Assembly: GCA_963825055.1 (NCBI GenBank)
Contig: CAWGSK010000012.1
Span: 1 to 64,000 of the forward strand
DNA from: an uncultured Gemmatimonadales bacterium
GTDB lineage: Bacteria; Gemmatimonadota; Gemmatimonadetes; Gemmatimonadales; GWC2-71-9
DNA: 64,000 nt
Reading direction: 5' to 3'
This document shows, piece by piece, positions 31,867-42,157 of this stretch. Each line of letters begins with the position of its first letter. Within the stretch, counting starts at the first letter, position 1. Under the pieces are notes generated by a model. That model was given only the letters and a program-made list of their open reading frames with translations. It was not told where the DNA came from and made no database searches. A program made the position numbers and the translations under genes.

Positions 31867-32612
31867 CCACCGGAACCGAATCGCAGCCGCGGCCGCCGAC
31901 GGCCTCGTTCCACCACGCGGACCCGAAACGGGAAGGGCGGTTCGAGTGGGTGTACCTGTGGAGCTGGCCGGTCCGGGCCATGCACTGGATCGCGGCGGGC
32001 AGCATTGTTGTCCTGACCGTGACCGGGCTGTATATCGGGAAACCGTATTTCATCACCAGCGGTGATACGGCCAATCACTATCTCATGGGCTGGATGCGGT
32101 TCCTGCACTTCGCCGCCGCGGCAGCGCTGGTGGCCACGGCCATCGTCCGGGCCTACTGGCTCTTCGCCGGCAACCGCTTCGAGCGGATCGGCGCGCTCTT
32201 CCCGGTGCGCCCCAGGGACTGGGGCAACATGTTCAGGCAGGTAAAGTTCTACCTGATGATCCGGCCGGACGAGGCGCCGAGCTATCTCGGCCACAATCCG
32301 CTGCAGCAGTTGAGCTATACCCTGGTGTATGTGGCAGCCGCGGTCATGGTGGTCACGGGATTTGCCCTGTACGGGCAGTCCAATCCTGACGGGATCTTCT
32401 TCACCCTGTTCGCCTGGGTACCGGCCCTGTTCGGCGGACTGCAGGTGACGCGGTTCGTGCACCACGTCCTGTCATGGGCGTTCCTGATCTTCATCCCGAT
32501 CCACGTCTATCTCTCCATCCGCAGCGACGTCTATGAGCACACGGGGCTCATCTCCACGATCATCAGCGGTGGCCGCTGGGTACCCGCAGACCGGAAGTAC
32601 GTCGATGAGTGA
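31863..32612 (+). CDS. hyaC: Ni/Fe-hydrogenase b-type cytochrome subunit
   Basis: PVRAMHW, RFLHF, GHNPLQ, HHVLSW, IHVY; four TM helices. Confidence 0.92.
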   Translation: MTTGTESQPRPPTASFHHADPKREGRFEWVYLWSWPVRAMHWIAAGSIVVLTVTGLYIGKPYFITSGDTANHYLMGWMRFLHFAAAAALVATAIVRAYWLFAGNRFERIGALFPVRPRDWGNMFRQVKFYLMIRPDEAPSYLGHNPLQQLSYTLVYVAAAVMVVTGFALYGQSNPDGIFFTLFAWVPALFGGLQVTRFVHHVLSWAFLIFIPIHVYLSIRSDVYEHTGLISTIISGGRWVPADRKYVDE

Positions 32613-33108
32613 GCGCCCGGTACTGGTCATCGGCCTCGGCAACCCGATCATGGCCGACGACGGGCTGGGGCTGGCCGCGCTGGCACGTCTCCGGGACGAC
32701 TGGTCCTGGCCGGCCGGGGTCGAACTGGTCGACGGGGGAACCTGGGGAATGAACCTGCTTCCCCTGGTCGAGACGGCCGACCGGATCCTCTTCCTGGATG
32801 CGGTGGACACCGATGCCGCGCCGGGAACGCCGGTGCGTTTCGAGCGCGACGACCTGCCCCGCTACATCGAACTGCACCTCTCGCCACACCAGGTTGACCT
32901 GCGCGAGGTGCTGGCGCTGGCCGAATTTCGCGGAGCGCTCCCGCAGGAGATCGTCATTCTCGGGGCCCAGCCCGAGGTCGTGGAGATGCGGGCGGCGTTG
33001 AGCGCCACGCTGGGTGCCTGCGTCCAGGGACTGGTGGAACGGGCGCTCGCCCAGCTGGAGCGATGGGACATCCGGCCCGTCGCGAGCGGGGATGCCGCGG
33101 TTGCATGA
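32605..33108 (+). CDS. hyaD: Hydrogenase maturation endopeptidase (HyaD/HybD)
   Basis: VIGLGNPIMADDGLG, VDGGT, LDAVD, SPHQ. Confidence 0.92.
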   Translation: MSERPVLVIGLGNPIMADDGLGLAALARLRDDWSWPAGVELVDGGTWGMNLLPLVETADRILFLDAVDTDAAPGTPVRFERDDLPRYIELHLSPHQVDLREVLALAEFRGALPQEIVILGAQPEVVEMRAALSATLGACVQGLVERALAQLERWDIRPVASGDAAVA

Positions 33109-33403
33109 GATGAGCGTGAGCCTCGAGATCTGCCGGATGGTCGAGGAACGGATCCCGGCCGGGGCCGCCGGCCGGGTGACCCGAGTGGGGCTGGTGGTGG
33201 GGGATGATGCCGGACTCGAGCCCGGCAGCCTGCAGTTCTGTCTCGAGACCCTGCTCGGCCAGCCACCGTTCGGCGAGGCCGTGCCCGAGATCCGCCGGCA
33301 GCCGGGCGATGCGCTCAGACTCGAATTCATTGACGTGGAGGAGGCGCCGCCGGCTGGCGCGGCCGCCGCGGCGGGAGGTGGTCATGCCAGTGCGCACGAT
33401 TGA
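33101..33403 (+). CDS. hypA: Nickel metallochaperone HypA, lacking the zinc-finger CxxC pairs
   Basis: TTG start gives (M)HEMS; VGLVVG, LEPGSLQFC, GDALRLEFIDVE; lies between hyaD and hypB. Confidence 0.8.
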   Translation: MHEMSVSLEICRMVEERIPAGAAGRVTRVGLVVGDDAGLEPGSLQFCLETLLGQPPFGEAVPEIRRQPGDALRLEFIDVEEAPPAGAAAAAGGGHASAHD

Positions 33404-34055
33404 GGTCCGGGAGCGGGTCATGGCCCGCAATGACGAGCTGGCCGGGGAGGTACGCGGACGCCTCCGCGATGCCGGCGTCGTCGCGGTCAATCTCGTCTCC
33501 TCGCCAGGGAGTGGAAAGACCACCCTGCTGGAGCGGACGCTGGATGACCTTGCCGGCCGCGTCCGGATGGCCGTCGTCACGGGCGACGTGCAGACCCAGA
33601 ACGACGCCGACCGGCTGGCCCGGCACACCACGGACCTGGTCCAGGCGGTCGTCACCCACGGCGCCTGTCACATGGACGCCCGCCAGGTGGCCTCGGCACT
33701 GGACGCGATCGACCTCGCGACCATCGACCTCCTTTTTATCGAGAATGTCGGCAACCTGGTCTGCCCGGCGAGCTGGGACCTGGGCGAGAACGAGAAGATC
33801 GTGCTCTTCTCCGTGACGGAGGGCGAGGACAAGCCCCTCAAGTATCCGGCCATGTTCCAGCGCTCCTCCTGCGCCATCCTTACCAAGATGGACCTCCTCC
33901 CCCACGTGCCATTCGACGTGGAACGGGCCACGGGATTCGCGCGCCAGGTGAATCCCGACCTGGACATCCTCACCGCCTCCGCGCTCAGCGGGGAAGGGCT
34001 CGACGCGTGGTACGGATATCTCATCCGACTGCTGCCGGCGACGACCCCGGCGTAG
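33384..34055 (+). CDS. hypB: Nickel-incorporation GTPase HypB (short form)
   Basis: GGAGGTGG RBS; SSPGSGKTTLLE, GACHMDA, ENVGNLVCPA, EGEDKPLKYP, TKMDL. Confidence 0.95.
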   Translation: MPVRTIEVRERVMARNDELAGEVRGRLRDAGVVAVNLVSSPGSGKTTLLERTLDDLAGRVRMAVVTGDVQTQNDADRLARHTTDLVQAVVTHGACHMDARQVASALDAIDLATIDLLFIENVGNLVCPASWDLGENEKIVLFSVTEGEDKPLKYPAMFQRSSCAILTKMDLLPHVPFDVERATGFARQVNPDLDILTASALSGEGLDAWYGYLIRLLPATTPA

Positions 34056-36364
34056 GCGGCGACGCCTCCCTCGCGCTCTGCCTGCACGTGGAGGGCGTGG
34101 TGCAGGGCGTGGGGTTCCGGCCCTTCGTCCACCGGATTGCCATGGCCCATCACCTCGGGGGCTGGGTCCGCAACGCGTCCGGTGACGTGGTAATCGAGGT
34201 CGAGGGCGCACGGGTGGAGATCGAGGCGTTCGTCCAGGACCTGCGGGGGCTCGCGCCGCCGCTGGCCCGCATCGAGCGCGTCTGGTCCGAACCGGCCCGC
34301 CGCCACGGTCGGGTCCACTTCGAAATCCTGGATTCCCTGCATCAGCCCGGGCGGCGCCAGCCCGTTTCGCCCGACGTCGCCCTCTGCGCCACCTGTGAGG
34401 CGGAGCTGTTCGACACCGCCAACCGCCGGTTCCGGTATCCGTTCATCACGTGCACGGACTGCGGTCCGCGGTTCACCGTGATCGATGCGATGCCGTACGA
34501 CCGTGAGCGCACCAGCATGCGCGCCTTCCGGATGTGCCCCGCATGCGCGGGGGAGTATGGCTCACCGGGAGACCGGCGGCACCACTCCGAAACGAACAGC
34601 TGCCCCGACTGCGGCCCGACCGTCCGCCTCTGGTCCCGGACAGGGAAGGGTCCCGCCGGGGAGGACGCCATCGTCGACGCCGCCGCCATGCTGGTGACGG
34701 GAGGCATTGTCGCGGTCCGGGGACTCGGGGGATTTCACCTGGCGGTCGATGCCACGAGCGAGCCGGCGGTCACCCGTCTCCGTCAGCGGAAGCGCCGCCC
34801 TGCCAAGCCCCTTGCCATCATGGTCCGTTCCCTGGCCGACGCGGCCGCCCTTGCGGCGATCGGCCCGGAGGAAGAGCGGCTGCTCACGTCGCCGGCCCGT
34901 CCGATCGTCCTCGTACCGGTGCACGCCGATGCGCCCCTCGCGTCCTCCGTGGCCCCGGGGATGGCGCAGGTGGGGATCATGCTCGCCTACACCCCGCTGC
35001 ACCACCTGCTGCTGGATTTGGCCGGCGTGCCCCTCGTCATGACCAGCGGCAACGCAAGCGAGGAACCGATCGCCACCGCGAATGAGGAAGCCCTCCGGCG
35101 GCTGGCCGGTATCGCCGACGCCTTCCTGCTGCACGACCGGGAGATCGTGGCGCGCTATGACGACTCGGTCGTCCGGGTGACTGACTCCCGGCCGGTCATG
35201 CTCCGCCGGGCTCGCGGCTTTGCGCCGCTGCCGCTGCGGCTGCCGGTGCCGACCCCCGTGCCGCTGGTGGCGGTCGGCCCTCAGCTCAAGAACACCTTCT
35301 GCCTGGCGGACGGCTCCGGCGCCTGGGTGAGCCAGCATATCGGCGATCTCGAAAACTACGAGACGCTCCAGAGTTTCCAGCAGTGCCTCAGCCGCATGAG
35401 CGATCTCTTCCAGGTCACCCCGGGCGCCGTAGTGCACGACCAGCATCCCGGATACCTCTCGACCAGGATCGCGGGAGAACTCGGGATCGAGCCGATCCTG
35501 GCGGTCCAGCACCACCATGCGCACATCGCTGCGGTCATGGCCGAGCACGGGGTGACAGGGCCGGTCCTTGGTGTGGCGTATGACGGGACCGGGTACGGTA
35601 TCGACGGCACCACGTGGGGCGCCGAGTTCCTCGTCGCGGATCTCGAGGGCTTCGAGCGCGTTGGTCACCTGCGGCCCGCCCCGCTGCCGGGCGGGGATCT
35701 CGCGGCCAGGCAACCCTGGCGTGCCGCCCTCGGTTACCTGTCACTCGTTCCCGAGCGCCAGGCTGAGTTCGGGCTTGCTTTCCGCGGCGTGATTTCGCAG
35801 GAACGTGCGATGGCGGAACGCCAGGTGACGCAGGGCATCAACGCGCCGCTGGCGTCGTCCATGGGACGCCTGTTCGATGCAGCGGCCGCCGTGATCGGCC
35901 TGTGCCGGGAAAACACGTACGAAGGGCAGGCGGCCATGGAGCTGGAGGCTGCCGCAGGCCGGCGGATCGCGACGGAGTTGCCCTTCCCGATCGTCGAGCA
36001 GCCGGACGGACGCCTGGTGCTCGATCCGCTGCCACTGCTCATCCGCCTCGGGGTCCGGGCACAGCGTGGAGCCGACCTGCGGGACCTGGCGGCTGACTTC
36101 CACGCCACGGTCGCGTGGGGAACCGAGCGCATGATCGCCCGCCTGGCGGAGCGCTCGGGCCTCCGCACCATCGCCCTCGGTGGGGGCGTGTTCCAGAATG
36201 CCAGGCTGGCGGCATCGATGGCCGCCCGTCTGCGGTCACTGGGGTTCACCGTCCTGCTGCCAGTGGAACTGCCCCCCGGCGACGGGGCTATCAGCTATGG
36301 CCAGGCCGCGGTCGCGGCGGCCATCCTTGCCCGCGCGTCGGGCACTACCGCGGGAGGTCACTGA
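34007..36364 (+). CDS. hypF: Carbamoyltransferase HypF
   Basis: GVVQGVGFRPF acylphosphatase motif, zinc fingers CTDCGPR and CPDCGP, GLGGFHL, QHHHAH, SSMGRLFDA. Exact start uncertain. Confidence 0.95.
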   Translation: MVRISHPTAAGDDPGVGGDASLALCLHVEGVVQGVGFRPFVHRIAMAHHLGGWVRNASGDVVIEVEGARVEIEAFVQDLRGLAPPLARIERVWSEPARRHGRVHFEILDSLHQPGRRQPVSPDVALCATCEAELFDTANRRFRYPFITCTDCGPRFTVIDAMPYDRERTSMRAFRMCPACAGEYGSPGDRRHHSETNSCPDCGPTVRLWSRTGKGPAGEDAIVDAAAMLVTGGIVAVRGLGGFHLAVDATSEPAVTRLRQRKRRPAKPLAIMVRSLADAAALAAIGPEEERLLTSPARPIVLVPVHADAPLASSVAPGMAQVGIMLAYTPLHHLLLDLAGVPLVMTSGNASEEPIATANEEALRRLAGIADAFLLHDREIVARYDDSVVRVTDSRPVMLRRARGFAPLPLRLPVPTPVPLVAVGPQLKNTFCLADGSGAWVSQHIGDLENYETLQSFQQCLSRMSDLFQVTPGAVVHDQHPGYLSTRIAGELGIEPILAVQHHHAHIAAVMAEHGVTGPVLGVAYDGTGYGIDGTTWGAEFLVADLEGFERVGHLRPAPLPGGDLAARQPWRAALGYLSLVPERQAEFGLAFRGVISQERAMAERQVTQGINAPLASSMGRLFDAAAAVIGLCRENTYEGQAAMELEAAAGRRIATELPFPIVEQPDGRLVLDPLPLLIRLGVRAQRGADLRDLAADFHATVAWGTERMIARLAERSGLRTIALGGGVFQNARLAASMAARLRSLGFTVLLPVELPPGDGAISYGQAAVAAAILARASGTTAGGH

Positions 36365-36657
36365 TGTGCCTCGGCATTCCCGGCCGGATCCTCTCCCGGC
36401 GTGAAGATGCAGGCCTTTCCATGGGGATGGTGGATTTCGGCGGTGTCCGTCGCGAGGTCTGCCTTGCCTACGTCCAGGATGAGGTCGATGTCGGCGACTA
36501 CGTGCTGGTGCATGTCGGATTCGCCCTGTCTCGCCTCGACGAGTCCGAGGCGCGCACGACGTTCGAGATCCTGCGCGAAATGAGCCAGCTCGACGAACTC
36601 GACTGGATCCGTGAGGTGGCGGATCGCGGCCTGGCACCGATGGAGGGCTCACCATGA
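36364..36657 (+). CDS. hypC: Hydrogenase chaperone HypC
   Basis: MCLGIPG start; [12 protein letters not shown]. Confidence 0.95.
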   Translation: MCLGIPGRILSRREDAGLSMGMVDFGGVRREVCLAYVQDEVDVGDYVLVHVGFALSRLDESEARTTFEILREMSQLDELDWIREVADRGLAPMEGSP

Positions 36658-37763
36658 AGTATCTCGACGAATACCGCGACCCGGCCCTCGCGCGCACCCT
36701 GGTCGACCGTATCCGGCAGACGGCGACGCGGCGCTGGACCCTGATGGAGGTCTGCGGTGGGCAGACCCACACCCTGGTCCGGCAGGGCATCGACGAGATT
36801 CTCTCGGAGGCGATCGAGATGATCCACGGCCCGGGCTGCCCTGTCTGCGTGACACCGCTCGAGCAGATCGACAAGGCGCTCCAGCTGGCGGCACGGCCCG
36901 ACGTGATCTTCACCAGCTTCGGCGACATGCTGCGCGTCCCCGGCTCCGATGGCGACCTCCAGGTGGCCCGCTCCCGGGGCGCCGATGTCCAGGTGGTCTA
37001 CTCTCCGCTCGACGCGCTGGTCCTCGCGCGGCGCCACCCCGATCGCGAAGTGGTTTTCTTCGCGGTCGGGTTCGAGACCACCGCTCCCGCCAATGCCATG
37101 GCCGTCTGGCGGGCGCGGCAGCTCGGCATCAGGAATTTCAGCATGCTGGTGTCCCACGTGACCGTGCCCCCCGCAATGCTGGCCATCCTCGATTCGCCCG
37201 ATAACCGGGTGCAGGGCTTCCTCGCCGCGGGTCACGTCTGCACGGTGATGGGCTGGAAGGAGTACGAACCGATTGCGGCGCGGTACAAGGTGCCGATCGT
37301 GGTGACGGGCTTCGAGCCGGTGGACCTGTTGCAGGGCATACATATGTGCGTCCGGCAGCTGGAGGAGGGCCGGAGCGAGGTGGAGAACAGTTACGCCCGG
37401 GTGGTCCGGCGCGATGGGTCGGTCCGCGCACAGGACCTGGTGAGCGAGGTGTTCGAACTCGTTGACCGTCCCTGGCGAGGGATCGGGACCATCCCCCGGA
37501 GCGGCCTGGGCCTGCGGCCCGACTACGCCGACTTCGACGCCGAGGTTCGGTTCGGCCTTCAGGGCATGACGGTGGAGGAACCGGCGGAATGCCGGGCCGG
37601 CGACGTACTGCGCGGCCGCCTCAAGCCCGTCTCCTGTCCCGCCTTCGGCACCCGTTGCACACCCGAGCATCCCCTGGGCGCCCCGATGGTGAGCAGCGAG
37701 GGAGCCTGCGCGGCCTACTACCATGCCGGCCGGCACTCCCTGGTCGAAGGAGGAACCTCATGA
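36654..37763 (+). CDS. hypD: Hydrogenase maturation protein HypD
   Basis: [27 protein letters not shown]-terminal Fe-S cysteines ending [12 protein letters not shown]. Confidence 0.96.
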   Translation: MKYLDEYRDPALARTLVDRIRQTATRRWTLMEVCGGQTHTLVRQGIDEILSEAIEMIHGPGCPVCVTPLEQIDKALQLAARPDVIFTSFGDMLRVPGSDGDLQVARSRGADVQVVYSPLDALVLARRHPDREVVFFAVGFETTAPANAMAVWRARQLGIRNFSMLVSHVTVPPAMLAILDSPDNRVQGFLAAGHVCTVMGWKEYEPIAARYKVPIVVTGFEPVDLLQGIHMCVRQLEEGRSEVENSYARVVRRDGSVRAQDLVSEVFELVDRPWRGIGTIPRSGLGLRPDYADFDAEVRFGLQGMTVEEPAECRAGDVLRGRLKPVSCPAFGTRCTPEHPLGAPMVSSEGACAAYYHAGRHSLVEGGTS

Positions 37764-38818
37764 GCATCCCCCGGACCATCACGCTCTCCTGTCCCGTGCC
37801 CGCCGATACCGGCGACCGGGTCCAGCTCGGGCACGGTTCGGGCGGGAAGCTGAGCGGTCGGCTTCTCAGGGATCACTTCCTTCCGCACCTCACCAACGAT
37901 GCCCTTGCACAGCTGGGCGATGCGGCCGTCCTGTCCCTGGACGGCCGGGCGGTGGCATTCAGTACCGACACCTTCGTGGTCCGGCCCCTCGAGTTTCCCG
38001 GGGGTGACATCGGCGCGCTGGCCGTGCACGGGACCCTGAACGACCTGGCGATGATGGGGGCAGAACCCCATAGCCTGTCCGCGGGGTTCATCCTGGAGGA
38101 AGGCCTCCCGCTGGACGTGCTCGATCGCGTGGTCGCCACCATGGCCAGGTCCGCCGAAGCCGCGGGAGTGTGCGTGGTCACGGGGGACACCAAGGTCGTG
38201 GAGCGCGGCAAGGCCGACGGCATGTTCATCAACACCGCCGGGGTTGGCCTGCTCCGCCCGGACTTCCGCCCGTCGCCCGGGCGGGGCAGGGCGGGGGATG
38301 CCATCATCGTGAGCGGGCCGATCGGCTCCCACGGGATGGCCATCATGTCCGCGCGCGAGGGCTTGGGTTTCGAGTCGCCGATCGAGAGCGACACCGCCTA
38401 CCTGGGGCCCCTGGTGCAACTCCTGCGTTACGCGGCGGGAGACGAGGTTCATGTCCTGCGCGACCCCACGCGGGGCGGAGTGGCCAGCGTCCTGAACGAA
38501 ATCGCCGTTGCCTCTCACGTGGGCATGGAACTGCACGACCAGAGCATTCCGGTGCCGGAAACGGTCCGGGCCGCCTGCGATCTCCTTGGCCTGGACCCGC
38601 TATACGTCGCGAATGAGGGTGTGCTGGTCGCCTTCGTCGCGGGCGTGGCGGCCGCCGACGCACTGTCGGCCCTCCGCTCGCACCCGCTCGGCCGGGGGGC
38701 GTCCGTCATCGGGCAGGTTACCGCCGAGCATCCCGGGCTCGTCGTGCTCGAGACCGGTATCGGGGGCCGCCGGGTGGTGGACCTCCTCCCCGGCGACCAG
38801 CTCCCGAGGATATGTTAG
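37760..38818 (+). CDS. hypE: Carbamoyl dehydratase HypE
   Basis: GHGSGG, TGDTKVV, RDPTRGG, ANEG, C-terminal PRIC. Confidence 0.96.
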   Translation: MSIPRTITLSCPVPADTGDRVQLGHGSGGKLSGRLLRDHFLPHLTNDALAQLGDAAVLSLDGRAVAFSTDTFVVRPLEFPGGDIGALAVHGTLNDLAMMGAEPHSLSAGFILEEGLPLDVLDRVVATMARSAEAAGVCVVTGDTKVVERGKADGMFINTAGVGLLRPDFRPSPGRGRAGDAIIVSGPIGSHGMAIMSAREGLGFESPIESDTAYLGPLVQLLRYAAGDEVHVLRDPTRGGVASVLNEIAVASHVGMELHDQSIPVPETVRAACDLLGLDPLYVANEGVLVAFVAGVAAADALSALRSHPLGRGASVIGQVTAEHPGLVVLETGIGGRRVVDLLPGDQLPRIC

Positions 38819-38822
38819 GGGC

Positions 38823-39608
38823 ATGACTGAACAACCACCCGCCATCGCCTGCCCGGGCTGTGGGGCCCGGGCCTCCGGACGTTTCTGTAACCAGTGCGGC
38901 ACGCCACTTGGCCAGACGGCCTGCCCGGCCTGCGGGGCTGCGGTCCGCGCGGGCGCGCGGTTCTGCGCCGCCTGTGGTGCCGCCATCGCCGGCACCCCGG
39001 TTCCGGGACCCGGCGCGCGCAACGACCGGCTTCCCTGGTACGTAGCCGGTGTCGCAGTTGTGGCGCTCCTGGTGGTCCTCGTGGTCATGCTCAACCGTGG
39101 CGCTGCCCCGGCTGCCGCGGTGGGGGCCAACACGGCCGCACCCTTCGCGGGCGCCGGCGGAGGCGGCACGCCGCCGGACCTCAGCACCATGACGCCCCGG
39201 GAGCGGTTCGACCGCCTCTACAACCGGATCATGACCGCGGCCGAAACCGGCGACGAGTCCACCGTCACGACGTTCACACCCATGGCACTCGCGGCCTACC
39301 AGCAGCTCGACCAGGTGGACGCCGACGCCCGCTACCACCTCGCCCTGCTTCAGGTCCACACCGGGGACGTTGCCGGGCCGGCAGCACTGGCGGACACCAT
39401 CCTGGCTAACAACCCGGGCCACCTGTTCGGCTACATGATCAGGGGCTCCATTGCGCGGTGGCAGAACGACACCGCGGCCCTGACCAGGGTGTACCGGGAG
39501 TTCGAGTCCCATTACCAGGCGGAGATGGCGGCCGCGCGCCCCGAGTACGGAGAGCACACCCGGGCCGTGGAGGAATTCCACAGGTCGGCCATGGCGGCGG
39601 GATCCTGA
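38823..39608 (+). CDS. Double zinc ribbon-TM-TPR-like protein
   Basis: Four CxxC (CPGC, CNQC, CPAC, CAAC), TM WYVAGVAVVALLVVLVVML, helical TPR-like tail (DADARYHLALL, NPGHLFG). Confidence 0.75.
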   Translation: MTEQPPAIACPGCGARASGRFCNQCGTPLGQTACPACGAAVRAGARFCAACGAAIAGTPVPGPGARNDRLPWYVAGVAVVALLVVLVVMLNRGAAPAAAVGANTAAPFAGAGGGGTPPDLSTMTPRERFDRLYNRIMTAAETGDESTVTTFTPMALAAYQQLDQVDADARYHLALLQVHTGDVAGPAALADTILANNPGHLFGYMIRGSIARWQNDTAALTRVYREFESHYQAEMAAARPEYGEHTRAVEEFHRSAMAAGS

Positions 39609-39670
39609 CCCCGCTGCCGGTGGTCAGGGAAATCGATTAGGTTCGTTCAGGCTCCATCCGGAGAACTTCC

Positions 39671-40093
39671 ATGAAGGCAGGCACCAAATTCCTCCTCGGC
39701 GCGGCCCTGATAGTGGTTGCGGTCGGCTACCTGATGGTCGAGGGTGTCCGGCAGACCGGGACATACTTCCTCACCCCGACCGAACTGGCCACCAGGGTCA
39801 GTGAGGACCCGGGCTTCAGAAACGTCGGCATCAAGATGGGCGCGAAAGTGGTGCGGGGGTCGATCCACCGCAATCCCGACGCGCGCCAGATCGACTTCCA
39901 GGTGACGGACGGTACCCAGACCTACCCGGTGACCTATCGCGGCCTGGCTCCCGACACCTTCAACGACGAGCAGGAAATCGAGGTCGTCGTGGAGGGACGG
40001 CTGGACGGGGAGAATGTCTTCCACGCCACCACGCTCCTGGCCAAGTGCGGTTCCCGCTACGAGGCCACCTACGACGAAGACCCCAAGGCCTGA
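39671..40093 (+). CDS. ccmE: Heme chaperone CcmE, CxxxY variant
   Basis: N-terminal TM, YFLTPTE, V.Y.GLAPDTF, VVVEG, LLAKCGSRY. Confidence 0.9.
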   Translation: MKAGTKFLLGAALIVVAVGYLMVEGVRQTGTYFLTPTELATRVSEDPGFRNVGIKMGAKVVRGSIHRNPDARQIDFQVTDGTQTYPVTYRGLAPDTFNDEQEIEVVVEGRLDGENVFHATTLLAKCGSRYEATYDEDPKA

Positions 40094-40108
40094 CCAGGCG
40101 GCTTTCCA

Positions 40109-42157
40109 ATGACACTGCTGGGACAATTCGCGCTGTGGTCCGCATTCCTCCTCGGGCTGTGGACTTCGGTGCTTGCCTTTTCCGGGCGCTGGGAAACCCG
40201 GCCGGATCTCCGCCTCGCGGTCACCCGCGCGGTTTACGCGATGCTGTTGCTTCTCGCGGTGGCCTCGTTCGCGCTGTGGCGCGGCCTGCTGGGCCATGAC
40301 TTCAACATCGAGTACGTGGCCGGCTACACCTCCCGGAACCTGCCGACGTACTACGTGGTGGCGGCGTTCTGGGCCGGGCAGAAGGGCTCGCTGCTCTTCT
40401 GGGCGGTGGTGCTCTCGATCTTCGCGGCCCTGGCCCAGTGGCTGACCCCGAAGCGCTACGCGCACCTGCTGCCGTACGTGGCCGGAGTCACCACCGCCGT
40501 CACCGTGTTCTTCATCTCCACGATGCTTTTCGGCGGGGAGAACCCGTTCGAGCGCCTCGCCTTCACGCCGCCGGACGGCCGCGGCCTGAATCCGCAGCTG
40601 CAGAACGTGGCGATGACGATCCACCCGCCGATGCTCTACCTCGGCTACATCAGCATCACCATTCCGTTTGCCTTCGCGATCGCGGCGCTCCTGTCGCGCC
40701 GGCTGGACACGGGCTGGATCCAGGCCATCCGGAAGTGGACCATCGTCTCGTGGCTCTTCCTCTCCGTCGGGATCACCCTGGGCATGTGGTGGGCCTACGT
40801 CGAGCTGGGCTGGGGCGGGTACTGGGCATGGGATCCGGTGGAGAACGCCAGCCTGTTGCCGTGGCTCACCATGACGGCCTTCCTGCACTCAGTGATGATC
40901 CAGGAAAAACGGGGGATGCTGAAGCGCTGGAACATGGGGCTGGTGATCGGGAGTTTCCTGCTCAGCATCTTCGGTACCTTCATCACGCGCTCCGGCGTGA
41001 TCGCGAGCGTGCACAGCTTCGCCCAGGGTGACGTCGGGTACTTCTTTCTGGCCTTCCTGCTCGTCTCGGCGATCCTTTCCTTCACGCTGCTGTACACACG
41101 CTGGCCGGCGCTGGAACCGGACGCGAAGCTGGAGGCGGTGGTGAGCCGCGAAGGGGCATTCCTCTTCAATAACCTGATGCTGCTCGGCATCGCGTTCTCG
41201 GTGCTCTGGGGCACGCTCTTTCCCATCCTGAGCGAATGGGTGCGGGGGACGAAGGTGACGGTCGGGCCGCCCTTCTTCAACCGGGTCAATGTGCCGCTCG
41301 GACTCCTGTTGCTCGCCCTCACCGGGATCGGCCCGCTCATTGCCTGGCGGAAGGCGACTCCCAGCAACCTGAAACGCCAGTTCCGCGCCCCGGTGATTAC
41401 CGGGTTCGCCGTCGTGGCCCTGCTGCTTGCGCTCGGGCTCCGGGATGCGTACGTGCTCGTGGCGCTTGGCATCGGCGGCTTCGTCCTCGGGACCCTCACC
41501 CAGGAGTTCTATCGCGGCACCCGTGCCCGGCACCGGATGTACAGCGAGATGTGGCCCCTGGCCTTCGTCCGCCTCATCGGCCGGAACCGGCGCCGCTACG
41601 GCGGGTACATCGTCCACCTCGCCATTCTGATCTACTTCGTCGCCTTTGCCGGCGGGGCGTTCAAGATCGACCGGGAGGAAACCCTCCGTCCCGGCGAGTC
41701 GATCCAGATCCGGAGCCCGTACGGCCACACCTACACGATCACGCACATGGGCATCTCGCAGTACGATGCCCTGAACCGGGTGGTCACGGCGGCGAGCTTC
41801 CAGGTGGACAGGGACGGGAAGTCCCTGGGCATCATGAAGTCGGAGAAGCGGCAGCACGTCGACAGCTTCGGCCGGCCGACGTTCCAGCCCTCGACCGAAG
41901 TGGCGATCCGGAGCGACATCCAGGAGGACCTCTACGCCGTCTTCGCCGGGGCGGTGGACGGGACGGAAGAAGCGGTCTACCGCTTCAGCATCATTCCGCT
42001 GGTGTGGTGGATCTGGTACGGCGGCGGGCTGCTCGCCCTGGGCGGGCTCATCACGATGTGGCCCGGCGCTTCCACGCCCGGCGACAGGCGGCAGCAGGCG
42101 GGATACGGCGCGTCCATGGCCGACCGCGAACTGGCGGGAACAGGATCAGGAGCATGA
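40109..42157 (+). CDS. ccmF: Cytochrome c heme lyase CcmF
   Basis: WAGQKGSLLFW, GLNPQLQ, HPPMLYLG, WGGYWAWDPVENASLLPWL, SVHSF. Confidence 0.96.
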   Translation: MTLLGQFALWSAFLLGLWTSVLAFSGRWETRPDLRLAVTRAVYAMLLLLAVASFALWRGLLGHDFNIEYVAGYTSRNLPTYYVVAAFWAGQKGSLLFWAVVLSIFAALAQWLTPKRYAHLLPYVAGVTTAVTVFFISTMLFGGENPFERLAFTPPDGRGLNPQLQNVAMTIHPPMLYLGYISITIPFAFAIAALLSRRLDTGWIQAIRKWTIVSWLFLSVGITLGMWWAYVELGWGGYWAWDPVENASLLPWLTMTAFLHSVMIQEKRGMLKRWNMGLVIGSFLLSIFGTFITRSGVIASVHSFAQGDVGYFFLAFLLVSAILSFTLLYTRWPALEPDAKLEAVVSREGAFLFNNLMLLGIAFSVLWGTLFPILSEWVRGTKVTVGPPFFNRVNVPLGLLLLALTGIGPLIAWRKATPSNLKRQFRAPVITGFAVVALLLALGLRDAYVLVALGIGGFVLGTLTQEFYRGTRARHRMYSEMWPLAFVRLIGRNRRRYGGYIVHLAILIYFVAFAGGAFKIDREETLRPGESIQIRSPYGHTYTITHMGISQYDALNRVVTAASFQVDRDGKSLGIMKSEKRQHVDSFGRPTFQPSTEVAIRSDIQEDLYAVFAGAVDGTEEAVYRFSIIPLVWWIWYGGGLLALGGLITMWPGASTPGDRRQQAGYGASMADRELAGTGSGA

